From Gemmatimonadaceae bacterium (GTDB lineage Bacteria > Gemmatimonadota > Gemmatimonadetes > Gemmatimonadales > Gemmatimonadaceae), in assembly GCA_031414435.1 (NCBI GenBank), contig JANNVN010000123.1, positions 1,158 through 65,157 on the forward strand: a stretch of DNA of 64,000 bases. The letters run 5' to 3'. Within the stretch, counting starts at the first letter, position 1, and each line of letters starts with the position of its first letter. The position numbers and the translations under genes are program-made. A model generated the notes under the pieces. That model worked only from the letters and a program-made list of their open reading frames with translations. It had not been told where the DNA came from and did no database searches. Below, piece by piece: positions 44,842 to 54,500 of the stretch.

Positions 44842-47800
44842 ATGCAGGACTTTCTCAGTCGGATCAGCCATTTCTCGCCAAAGCGCCTCGCCCTGCTGGC
44901 CGACGAGCTGCAGCGTCGCGTACAGACCCTCGAACAGGCGCAGCGCGCACCGATCGCCATCGTCGGCATCGGCTGCCGTTTTCCCGGAGGCGCCGACACA
45001 CCCGAGCAGTACTGGGAGCTGCTGAGCCGTGGTGTCGACGCGATCTCCGAGGTGCCAGCCAGTCGCTGGGATATCAACGCATACTACGATCCAGACCCCG
45101 ATGCGCCAGGCAAGATGTCCACGCGCTTCGGCGGATTCCTCGCCGGTGTCGATCAGTTCGATCCATACTTCTTCGGGATCTCGCCGCGTGAGGCGCAGCG
45201 GATGGATCCGCAGCAGCGCCTGCTGCTCGAGGTGACGTGGGAGGCATTGGAGCACGCCGGTCTCAGTCCGGACGGATTGTCGGAGACCAAGACGTCGGTC
45301 TTCGTGGGCATGTCGGCATCAGACTACTTCCAGGTGATGCACGATGGCGGCCTGGCGTCCTTTGACGCGTATACCGCGTCGGGTACTGCGCACAGCATCG
45401 CATCCGGGCGTCTTTCGTATCTGTTGGGAACCCGTGGTCCGAGTGTCTCCATCGATACGGCCTGTTCATCGTCGCTGGTGGCCATTCACGAGGCGGTACA
45501 GAGCCTCCGTCGTGGTGAGTCTGACATCGCGCTCGCTGGCGGTGTGAACCTGATACTCCGTCCGGAGATCACGGTCGCGCTGACGAAATCGCACATGATG
45601 GCGCCGGATGGACGCTGCAAGGCGTTTGATGCCCGGGCCGACGGCTTCGTGCGCGGCGAAGGGTGCGGCATGCTGGTGCTGAAGCGGCTCGCCGATGCTG
45701 AGGCGGCTGGCGATACCGTGATCGCTCTCATCCGTGGATCGGCCGCCAATCAGGACGGCCGAAGCAACGGACTGACGGCACCGAACGGACCCGCGCAGGA
45801 GGCAGTGCTCCGTGATGCGCTGCTGGATGCGCAGCTGGAGGGCCGTCAGGTTCAGGTGGTGGAAGCGCACGGGACGGGAACGTCGCTCGGCGACCCGATC
45901 GAGGTGCGCGCGCTCGCAAAGGTCCTGGGCGTGGACCGCGTGCGCAGCCTGCCGATCGTGGTCGCGTCGGTGAAGGCGAACATCGGCCATCTCGAGGCAT
46001 GTGCCGGTGTCGCCGGCGTGATCAAAATGGCGCTTTCACTGCAGCACGGCATGGTGCCGGCGCAGCAGCACTTCGTGGAACCGAATCCGTTCATTCCCTG
46101 GGACGAGTTGCCGGTGCGCGTGCCGACGAATCTCGAATCGTGGCCCACCACGCACGACGGACCTCGTATCGGTGGCGTGAGCTCATTCGGCTTCAGCGGG
46201 ACCAACGTTCATATGTTGCTCGAAGCGGCGCCGGTGCGAGCCGTTCACGACGCTGAGCTCGAACGGCCGCGGCACCTGATCGCGATTTCGGCGCGGACCG
46301 ATCGCGCCCGCGCCGTGCTTGCCGCAGAGTATCGTGCGGTGCTCGCAAGCGGGCGCATGTCGCTGGCAGACTTTGCGCATACGGCCAACGTCGGTCGTGC
46401 AGCCATGCCCCAACGGATGGCTGTGATTGCCGGGTCAGCCGACGAGGCGGTCGCGTTGCTCGACGGCTTTGCGTCAGGCGAAAGCTCGCCGGGTGCGGTC
46501 ACTGGCACCGCGGCCGTCCGCGCTCCCGAGGTGGCATTTCTGTTCACCGGGCAGGGGTCGCAGTACCCTGGAATGACACGATCGTTGTACGGGACACAGC
46601 CCGCATTCCGTGACGCACTCGATGCATGCGCCGAGCTTCTGCGGCCACTGCTCCCGGTGCCGCTCCTGCCACTGCTCTTCCCTGACGATGTTGCAGGGTC
46701 GCTGCTCGACGATACCGTGTACACACAGCCGGCGCTCTTTGCGGTGGAGTATGCGCTGGCCGCGATGTGGCAGAGCTGGGGGGTGCGACCAACGGCAGTG
46801 ATGGGCCACAGTCTCGGCGAATTCGTGGCGGCCTGCGTCGCCGGTGTGATCACGCTCCCCGATGCGCTTCGACTGGTCACCGAGCGCGGGCGGTTGATGG
46901 GGGCACTGCCACGCGACGGAGCGATGGTTGCCGTGATGGCGGACGAGGCACGCGTACGTTCCCTGGCTGACGCGCATCAAGGCGAGGTGTCAATCGCGGC
47001 CGTGAACGGCCCGCAGAACATCGTGGTGTCCGGGCGCGCTACGGCAATCGAGTCGATCATCAGCAGCGCAGCGTCGCACGGCATCAGCACCACGCGCCTG
47101 CACGTCTCGCATGCGTTCCATTCGCGGTTGATGGCGCCGATGATCGAAGCATTCCGGCAGGTCGCTGAATCGATCACCTACCACCCGCCGGCGATCGATG
47201 TGATCTCGAACGTCACCGGCGAGCGGTTCGGAATCATGACGGCGTCGGCGGAGTACTGGTGTCGACACGTCCGCGCGCCCGTGTTGTTCGCGCGTGGCGT
47301 GCAGACGCTGGCAGGAATGGGGTGTACCGCCTTCATCGAGGTGGGTCCGCATCCGACGCTGCTCAGTCTCGCCCGTCAGGCCGTACCCGACGACGGGCGG
47401 CTGTGGCTGCCCAGCGTGCGCCGCGGTGGAGATGACTGGAGCCAGGTACTGGAGAGCCTCGCGCTCCTCTACGTGCACGGAGCGGCGATCGACTGGAGTG
47501 GATTCGATGCCAGCTATCCACGCCAGCGCCAGATCCTGCCGCGTTACCCGTTTCAGCGTGAACGCTTCTGGGTCGATACTGCACCGCGTGAACGTCCGGA
47601 GCTGGCGTCAGCAGAGCGCCTGCATCCGCTGGTCGACCGCGAAGTACTGCAGGCGGCCACACCGGAACGTGTGTTCGAGGCCCGCCTCTCGACTGCCCGG
47701 TTCGCGTATCTCTCGGACCATCGCATCTTCGGACGCCTGCTCGTGCCGTCACCGGCGCTGATGGCGATGGTGCACGCGGTCAGTGCCGAGGCATTTCGTT

Positions 47801-50800
47801 CGCCAGCGATCACTGTGTCGGATTTTTCGATGCGGAGCCCGATCCCGCTTGATGATGGTCAAGTGGTGACCACACAGTTGCTGCTCGGCGAATCCGTCAA
47901 CGGCAGCATGCCGTTTCGCGTTGCCAGCCTGCCCGCTGGGCGCGAGAGCTGGACGACTTGTGCGACCGGCTCCATCGAACGCGCGGGATCGCCTCCGCCA
48001 GACCTCGACCTGCGCCAGTTGCAGCAGCAGAATCCGACTTCGATCGACATTGCAGGCTACTACGCGTGGCTCGCATCGCTCGAGCTCGAGTTCGGCCCAC
48101 GCTTTCGCGGTATCGCGGCGCTGACACACGGCGTCAATTCCGCTCTGGCCCTGATCACCACTCCGGCGGATCTTGACGTGAGGGAGTATGCACTGCACCC
48201 GGCAGTGCTCGAGGCATGTTTTCACGTCGTCGGCGCCGCACTCCGCACCCAGGATCGTGTGGTTGACAAGCCGTTTCTGCTCTCATATGTGGAGCGGATG
48301 ACGATTCACCGGCCGTTGCCCACGTCATTCTGGACACACGTTGCGCTCGACGGTGACGCGGAGCACGCGATGCAGGCGGGGATGGCACGCGCCGTGATCA
48401 CGTTGCTTGATGAAACCGGGGCTGTGCTTGCCCTGTTCGAAGGTGTGCAGCTCCAGCGGATGCTGGTCCGTCCGATGTTCGAGACCTCACTGCTGCCCGC
48501 TGTACAGCAGATGCTCCACGAGATCTCGTGGATCCCGGGGCCGCCGGCCGACCTGCCGTTTCCAACGCCGCGGGCGCTTGCGACGGTGGTCGCGCCGCGG
48601 ATCCGGATCGTCGCAGCGGACAACGGACTGACGGAGTACGCGGATTTCAGCCGCTCGCTGGATCGCCTTTGCACCAGCTACATCCTCGACGCATTCGTCG
48701 CGCTCGGTGCCGAGTGGCATGCGGGTTCACGATTCGACACGCTTGGGCTGCAAGCACGGCTCGGTGTCCTGTCACGTCATGAGCGCCTCTTTGCACGACT
48801 GCTTGGCATTCTTGCGGAGGACGGCATCCTTCGGCGTGATAGTGACCAGTGGGAGGTGATCGCTCCTCCGGAGTTCAACGATCCGGAGCTCGCCTACGGC
48901 AAAGTGCATGCGGCGTACCCGTCCGGCCACTCGACCCTGGTACTGACGCGCAGATGTGCGCGCGAACTGGCGGCGGTGTTGCGTGGTTCCACCGATCCGA
49001 TTGCGCTGCTGTTTCCGGGCGGCTCGCTGACCGAGATGGAACAGCTGTACCAGACGTCCCCGCCGGCGCGATGCTACAACCAGCTGCTGGCCGACTCGCT
49101 GCGCCCGATCCGCGATACGTGGCCCGGTCATCGACCACTGCGCATCCTCGAAGTGGGGGCCGGCACCGGCAGTACCTCGGCATTCGTGCTGCCGATGTTC
49201 GCGGGAAAGGAGATCGAGTACACCTTCACAGACGTGTCGCCACTGTTCCTGAACCGCGCCAGGGAGAAGTTCGCCGACGTACCGGGCATGCAGTACGCCC
49301 TGCTCGACATCGGCAGCGATCCCGTGACGCAGGGCTTCACGTCGGGCCACTATGATGTGGTCATCGGCGCCAACGTCATGCACGCGACGCCGGATCTGCG
49401 GCGCACCATGAGCCACGTCCGCTCGCTGCTGGTACCTGGCGGCGTCACGGTCTTGCTCGAAGGCACATCGCCACAGCGCTTCGGCGACCTGACAGTGGGT
49501 CTGCTCGACGGGTGGTGGGCGTTCACTGACACTGATCGCCGTCACTATGCGCTGATGCCACGACCGGCATGGGCCACACTGCTGCGCGACGCCGGCTTTG
49601 CGTCGTCGTCCACGATCGTCGAAGCAGATGCGGGGCCGGTTCTGGAGGAACAAGCGATCTTCGTGGCGCAGGCACCGGGTGAGCCAGTTCCGGCGACGAA
49701 GCGACACTGGCTGATGCTGCCCGACAGCAGTGGAATCGCGGCGCAGCTGGCCACGCGTCTCGAGGATGCGGGCGACGACGTCACCACGATTGCCGGCGAT
49801 GACCTGAGTCCGATCAGCGCAGCGCTGTCGGCGACCAACCGTCGCGGCGCTCCGATCACCGGTGTGCTGCATCTCGGCGCACTCGACGTGCAGCTGACGG
49901 ACGACACATCCGCCGACACCCTCTGGCGCGGTCAGCAGCGGCTGCTCTCACAGGCGCTGCAGACGGTACAGACGCTCGCCGCGGATGCGTCACCCGTGCC
50001 ACTCTGGTTCGTGACACGAGGCGCGCAGTCCGCGGCCCTCGGTGACGCCGCAAACGCGGCGCAGGCCACGCTGTGGGGGTTCAGTCACGTGGTTGCGATC
50101 GAGCATCCGGAACTGCGCTGCCGTCGTCTCGACCTCGATGCGAATGCCCCGATCGACACGATGCTGGATGGCATCGTGAGTGAGCTTCGGTCGCTGTCCA
50201 CTGAAGATCAGGTTGCGCTGCGCGGCGATGAACGGCTGCTCCGGCGTCTCGCCGCCTACGCGCCGGCCAGCGCGCCACGGATCGGCTTCGCGGCGGATCG
50301 CACGTATCTCATCACCGGCGGACTGCGCGGTCTGGGGCTGCGTGTTGCGGAGTGGCTGGTGGAGCAGGGAGTACGGTCGCTGGCGCTGGTCGGGCGTCGG
50401 GCGCCCGATGCGTCGGCGGAGCAGGTGATGACGCGGCTGCGCGGGCGCGGTGCGACGGTGGTGCCGATGCGCGGTGATGTGTCGCTGGAAGCGGACGTGA
50501 TCGGCGTGCTCGATCAGATTCGTGAGACGATGCTGCCGCTGTCGGGTGTTGTGCATGCCGCCGGCCTGCTGGATGACGGCGTGATCGCGGCGCAGAACTG
50601 GTCCCGGTTCGAACGGGTGATGGGTGCCAAGGTGCTCGGCAGCTGGCACCTCCATCGGCTGGCCGGTCCGCTCGACTTCCTGGTCCTCTTCTCGTCCGGC
50701 GCTTCGGTGGCGGGTTCGGCCGGACAGTCGAATCATGCCGCCGCAAACGCGTTCGAGGATGGGCTGGCGTGGTACCGGCAGGCGCGTGGTCAGCCGACGG

Positions 50801-51549
50801 TCAGCATCAACTGGGGGCCGTGGGCAGAGATCGGCGCGGCGGCGGAGCGTCACGTCACCGGTGGCAGCTTCCTGAAGCAGATCGCGCCGAAGGAAGGGCT
50901 GCAGGCCCTGGAGGTGGCGTTGCGTCTGACGCCCGATGGCCGTGCATTCGCGCGCTCGCAGGTCGCCGTGCTCGCTGCGGACTGGTCGCAGATCACCACC
51001 GGTGAGAACGCGCTGCTGCAGTCGCCGCTGTTCAGGCTCCTCGCAACGCTCACGGTCGGATCCACGATGAGGGTACGTCGTGCGGCGGGGCAGCGGCCAG
51101 CTACGCTTTCCCTGCGCGAGCGACTGCAGGCCACGGCCGCGAACCGCCGTCGGGCCGCGTTGGTCGATGAAGTGCGACAACTGACGGTGCGCGTACTTGG
51201 CATTCAGCAGGTGGGAGCACTCGATGTGCACGAACCATTGCGACAGCTCGGGCTGGATTCGCTGATGGCGGTCGAGCTCCGGAATCTTCTCGGCAAGACG
51301 GTTGGTCGGACACTGCCAGCAACGATCACGTTCGACCATCCGTCGGTGCACGCGCTGGTGGAATACCTTGGGATCGAAGTCTTCGGCGAGGAGTTGTCGC
51401 TGCAGCGCGCTCCGGCGCTTGTATCCGAGGTACCGTCTTCACGTGCCCCCGTGCCGGCCACCGCGAACTTCGATGACATGACGGATGATGAACTCGCCGT
51501 GCGCCTTGCGCAGCGGCTGGATGGCCTACGAACCGAGGACGATTCATGA
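44842..51549 (+). CDS. type I PKS, Ndock-KS-AT(malonyl-type)-DH-cMT-KR-ACP
   Basis: N-terminal FSPKRLALLADELQRRV. KS: DTACSSS (Cys 45463-45465). AT: GHSLGE (Ser 46810-46812), HAFHS. DH: HPLVD...HRIFGRLLVPSPA (His 47719-47721), FGPRF, LEACFH. cMT: LRILEVGAGTGSTS (about 49147-49178). KR: ITGGLRGLG, HAAGLLDDG. ACP: LGLDSLMA (Ser 51259-51261). No ER motifs. Tail MTDDELAVRLAQRLDGL. Confidence 0.93.
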   Translation: MQDFLSRISHFSPKRLALLADELQRRVQTLEQAQRAPIAIVGIGCRFPGGADTPEQYWELLSRGVDAISEVPASRWDINAYYDPDPDAPGKMSTRFGGFLAGVDQFDPYFFGISPREAQRMDPQQRLLLEVTWEALEHAGLSPDGLSETKTSVFVGMSASDYFQVMHDGGLASFDAYTASGTAHSIASGRLSYLLGTRGPSVSIDTACSSSLVAIHEAVQSLRRGESDIALAGGVNLILRPEITVALTKSHMMAPDGRCKAFDARADGFVRGEGCGMLVLKRLADAEAAGDTVIALIRGSAANQDGRSNGLTAPNGPAQEAVLRDALLDAQLEGRQVQVVEAHGTGTSLGDPIEVRALAKVLGVDRVRSLPIVVASVKANIGHLEACAGVAGVIKMALSLQHGMVPAQQHFVEPNPFIPWDELPVRVPTNLESWPTTHDGPRIGGVSSFGFSGTNVHMLLEAAPVRAVHDAELERPRHLIAISARTDRARAVLAAEYRAVLASGRMSLADFAHTANVGRAAMPQRMAVIAGSADEAVALLDGFASGESSPGAVTGTAAVRAPEVAFLFTGQGSQYPGMTRSLYGTQPAFRDALDACAELLRPLLPVPLLPLLFPDDVAGSLLDDTVYTQPALFAVEYALAAMWQSWGVRPTAVMGHSLGEFVAACVAGVITLPDALRLVTERGRLMGALPRDGAMVAVMADEARVRSLADAHQGEVSIAAVNGPQNIVVSGRATAIESIISSAASHGISTTRLHVSHAFHSRLMAPMIEAFRQVAESITYHPPAIDVISNVTGERFGIMTASAEYWCRHVRAPVLFARGVQTLAGMGCTAFIEVGPHPTLLSLARQAVPDDGRLWLPSVRRGGDDWSQVLESLALLYVHGAAIDWSGFDASYPRQRQILPRYPFQRERFWVDTAPRERPELASAERLHPLVDREVLQAATPERVFEARLSTARFAYLSDHRIFGRLLVPSPALMAMVHAVSAEAFRSPAITVSDFSMRSPIPLDDGQVVTTQLLLGESVNGSMPFRVASLPAGRESWTTCATGSIERAGSPPPDLDLRQLQQQNPTSIDIAGYYAWLASLELEFGPRFRGIAALTHGVNSALALITTPADLDVREYALHPAVLEACFHVVGAALRTQDRVVDKPFLLSYVERMTIHRPLPTSFWTHVALDGDAEHAMQAGMARAVITLLDETGAVLALFEGVQLQRMLVRPMFETSLLPAVQQMLHEISWIPGPPADLPFPTPRALATVVAPRIRIVAADNGLTEYADFSRSLDRLCTSYILDAFVALGAEWHAGSRFDTLGLQARLGVLSRHERLFARLLGILAEDGILRRDSDQWEVIAPPEFNDPELAYGKVHAAYPSGHSTLVLTRRCARELAAVLRGSTDPIALLFPGGSLTEMEQLYQTSPPARCYNQLLADSLRPIRDTWPGHRPLRILEVGAGTGSTSAFVLPMFAGKEIEYTFTDVSPLFLNRAREKFADVPGMQYALLDIGSDPVTQGFTSGHYDVVIGANVMHATPDLRRTMSHVRSLLVPGGVTVLLEGTSPQRFGDLTVGLLDGWWAFTDTDRRHYALMPRPAWATLLRDAGFASSSTIVEADAGPVLEEQAIFVAQAPGEPVPATKRHWLMLPDSSGIAAQLATRLEDAGDDVTTIAGDDLSPISAALSATNRRGAPITGVLHLGALDVQLTDDTSADTLWRGQQRLLSQALQTVQTLAADASPVPLWFVTRGAQSAALGDAANAAQATLWGFSHVVAIEHPELRCRRLDLDANAPIDTMLDGIVSELRSLSTEDQVALRGDERLLRRLAAYAPASAPRIGFAADRTYLITGGLRGLGLRVAEWLVEQGVRSLALVGRRAPDASAEQVMTRLRGRGATVVPMRGDVSLEADVIGVLDQIRETMLPLSGVVHAAGLLDDGVIAAQNWSRFERVMGAKVLGSWHLHRLAGPLDFLVLFSSGASVAGSAGQSNHAAANAFEDGLAWYRQARGQPTVSINWGPWAEIGAAAERHVTGGSFLKQIAPKEGLQALEVALRLTPDGRAFARSQVAVLAADWSQITTGENALLQSPLFRLLATLTVGSTMRVRRAAGQRPATLSLRERLQATAANRRRAALVDEVRQLTVRVLGIQQVGALDVHEPLRQLGLDSLMAVELRNLLGKTVGRTLPATITFDHPSVHALVEYLGIEVFGEELSLQRAPALVSEVPSSRAPVPATANFDDMTDDELAVRLAQRLDGLRTEDDS

Positions 51550-54500
51550 CCGAACCACAACAACCCGACTACCGCGCGCTTCTCACGCGATCGCTGGTAG
51601 CTATCGAAAAGCTGGAAGCGAAACTCGCGGCCGCAGAACATGCCAGGTCCGAGCCGATTGCGGTTGTCGGCATGGCGTGCCGCTTTCCCGGTCATGCGAA
51701 CGACCTCGAAGGCTATTGGTCGCTGCTCTCGCGCGGCGGGGACGCCGTCACGGTGGTGCCGTCGCATCGATGGGACGCCGAGGCGTCGTTTGATCCGGAT
51801 CCTGACGCCCTCACGAAGAGCTATACCAAGTGGGGCGCGTTCATCGATGACGTCGAGACGTTCGACGCAGCGTTCTTCGGCATTTCTCCGCGCGAGGCGG
51901 TGTCGCTGGATCCTCAGCACCGGCTCCTGCTCGAGGTCACATGGGAAGCACTCGAGCACGCCGCGATCGCACCGTCATCGCTGGCAGGGACACGAGCGTC
52001 GGTCTTCATTGGCATCTCGACGATCGACTACGCCAACATGATCGGGGACATTGTCGGATCGCGGAACGGCGATGCATATGCTGCGTCAGGATCGGCGCAC
52101 AGCATCGCCTCCGGCCGCCTGTCGTACTTCCTTGGCGCGCACGGACCGAACTACGCAGTCGACACGGCATGCTCATCATCGGTGGTTGCGATTCACGGTG
52201 CCATTCAATCGTTGCGGAACGGTGAAACCGGGCTTGCAATCGCAGGCGGTGTGAGCTTGACGCTGTCCAACCTCGGTTCGATCCTGACGTCGCGCGCACG
52301 CATGATGTCATTCGATGGACACTGTAAGACCTTTGACGAGTCGGCCGACGGATACGTGCGCGGTGAGGGCTGCGGGATGGTGGTTCTCAAGCGACTGTCC
52401 GATGCTGAACGTGACGGCGACCGGATTCTCGCCCTGTTGCGAGGCTCGGCCATCAACCAGGATGGTCGCAGCAGCGGCCTGACCGCGCCGAATGGGACGG
52501 CGCAGGAGGCCGTGATCCGCGATGCGCTCGCCAACGCGCGTCTGACACCGCAGGACATCAGCGTGATCGAGGCGCATGGCACTGGAACACCGCTTGGCGA
52601 CCCCATCGAGATGAAGGCGCTCGGTGCGGTCTTCGGTGCGCGATCGAAGGACGAACCGCTGCTGGTCGGTTCGGTGAAGACGAATATCGGGCATCTCGAA
52701 GCGGCGTCCGGCATTGCGGGCATCATCAAGGTGATCCTCGCAATGCAGCACCGCGAGGTGCCACCGCACCTGCACTTCAGCACGCCCAATCACCTGATTC
52801 CCTGGGACACGATCCCGGTCCGGGTGCCCACGGCGTCGATGCCGTGGAGTACGCCGCCAGGAGTGCCGCGTCGGGCTGGCGTCAGCTCTTTCGGCTTCAG
52901 CGGGACGAACTCGCATGTGATCCTCGAAGAGGCGCCGGCGCCGCTCACGACGATGGAGGTCGGGCGTGTTGCGCGGGCGCAAGTTCTCGTGCTCTCTGCG
53001 CAGACCAGCGGCGCGCTGCGCAGTCAAGTCGCGAACTACGCCGGGTTCCTCGAGCGTGAAGAGGTGCCGCCCGTTGGGGATGTGGCATTCACGGCGGCGG
53101 TCGGCCGTTCGCACCTGCCGGAGCGCCTCGCGCTGGTTGCCGAGAGCGCATCGGCCGCTGCTGCGCAGCTGCGGCAGTTTCTCGACGACGAAACGACACC
53201 TGGTGTCACTGCGCGCCGGTTTACCTCCGGCACCGCACCGGAGATCGGATTTCTGTTCTCGGGTCAGGGCGCCCAGTATCCCGGTATGTCGCGCGAATTG
53301 TACGAGACGGAGCCGGTGTTCAGGAGCGCGCTGGATGCCTGTGCGGCCATCGTTGACCCGCTGCTGCCATCGCCGCTGCTCCCGGTCATCATGGGCACGG
53401 CGGAGTTCAGCGAGCAGCTGGATGACACCGCGTTCACGCAGCCGGCGCTCTTCGCGGTCGAGTACGCGCTCGCGCAGCTCTGGCGATCATGGGGCGTCAC
53501 GCCTGCGGTGGTGATGGGGCACAGCGTTGGAGAGTACGTCGCAGCCTGTCTGGCCGGCGTGTTCTCGCTGGTCGACGGACTGCGATTGATCGCTGCCCGC
53601 GGTCGGCTGATGAGCGCGCTGCCGCGCGACGGTACAATGGTCGCCGTGTTTGCACCGCGCGCGCGCGTCGCGGCGGCGCTGGCGGGATTCGAAGCCGACG
53701 TCGACATCGGCGCCGTGAATGGTCCGACGAATACCGTGATCTCCGGGCGGGCATCAGCGATCGATGTGATTCTCCGCGCGCTGGCATCCGACGGAATCGA
53801 GTTCGCCCGGCTGAATGTGTCCCATGCGTTCCATTCACCGATGATGGCGCCCATACTCGACGAGTTTGAACGCATCGCCGGAACGGTGGCCTTCTCGCTG
53901 CCGGACATCGGACTCGTGTCAAACGTCACGGGTCGCCTGGCGGGCAGTGAGATCACGACGGCCGCATACTGGCGTCGGCATGTGCGCGATGCCGTCCTCT
54001 TCACTGACTCGATTGCCACGTTGCACGCGGAGGGCATCCACACCTTCCTCGAGATTGGCCCGGCACCGATTCTGAGCGGGATGGGACAACGATGCGAGCG
54101 CGGCAACGACGCCGTCTGGCTGTCCTCGATGAAAAAGGGTCGAAGCGATCGTGAGTCGATGCTCGAAAGTGTCGGGCGTCTGCACCTCGAAGGGCAGCCG
54201 ATCGAATGGAAGGCCGTCTGCGACGCCGGCGCGCGTCGCGTCGAACTGCCGTCGTACCCGTTCCAGCGTGAGCGGTACTGGTTCGACAGCACGCCACGCC
54301 AGACCCTGACGCCGGGCGTCGCGGGACGCAGCACCGGTCACCCGCTTCTCGGCGATCGCGTTTCGAGCCCGGTGCTCCTCTTCCAGACGTCGCTCTCGAT
54401 CGCCAACACGCCATGGCTCTCCGATCACCGGATCTACGATGCTGCGCTGCTTCCGGGTGCGGGGTTCATCGAACTTGCCCTCGCGGCTGCCAGGGAAGTG

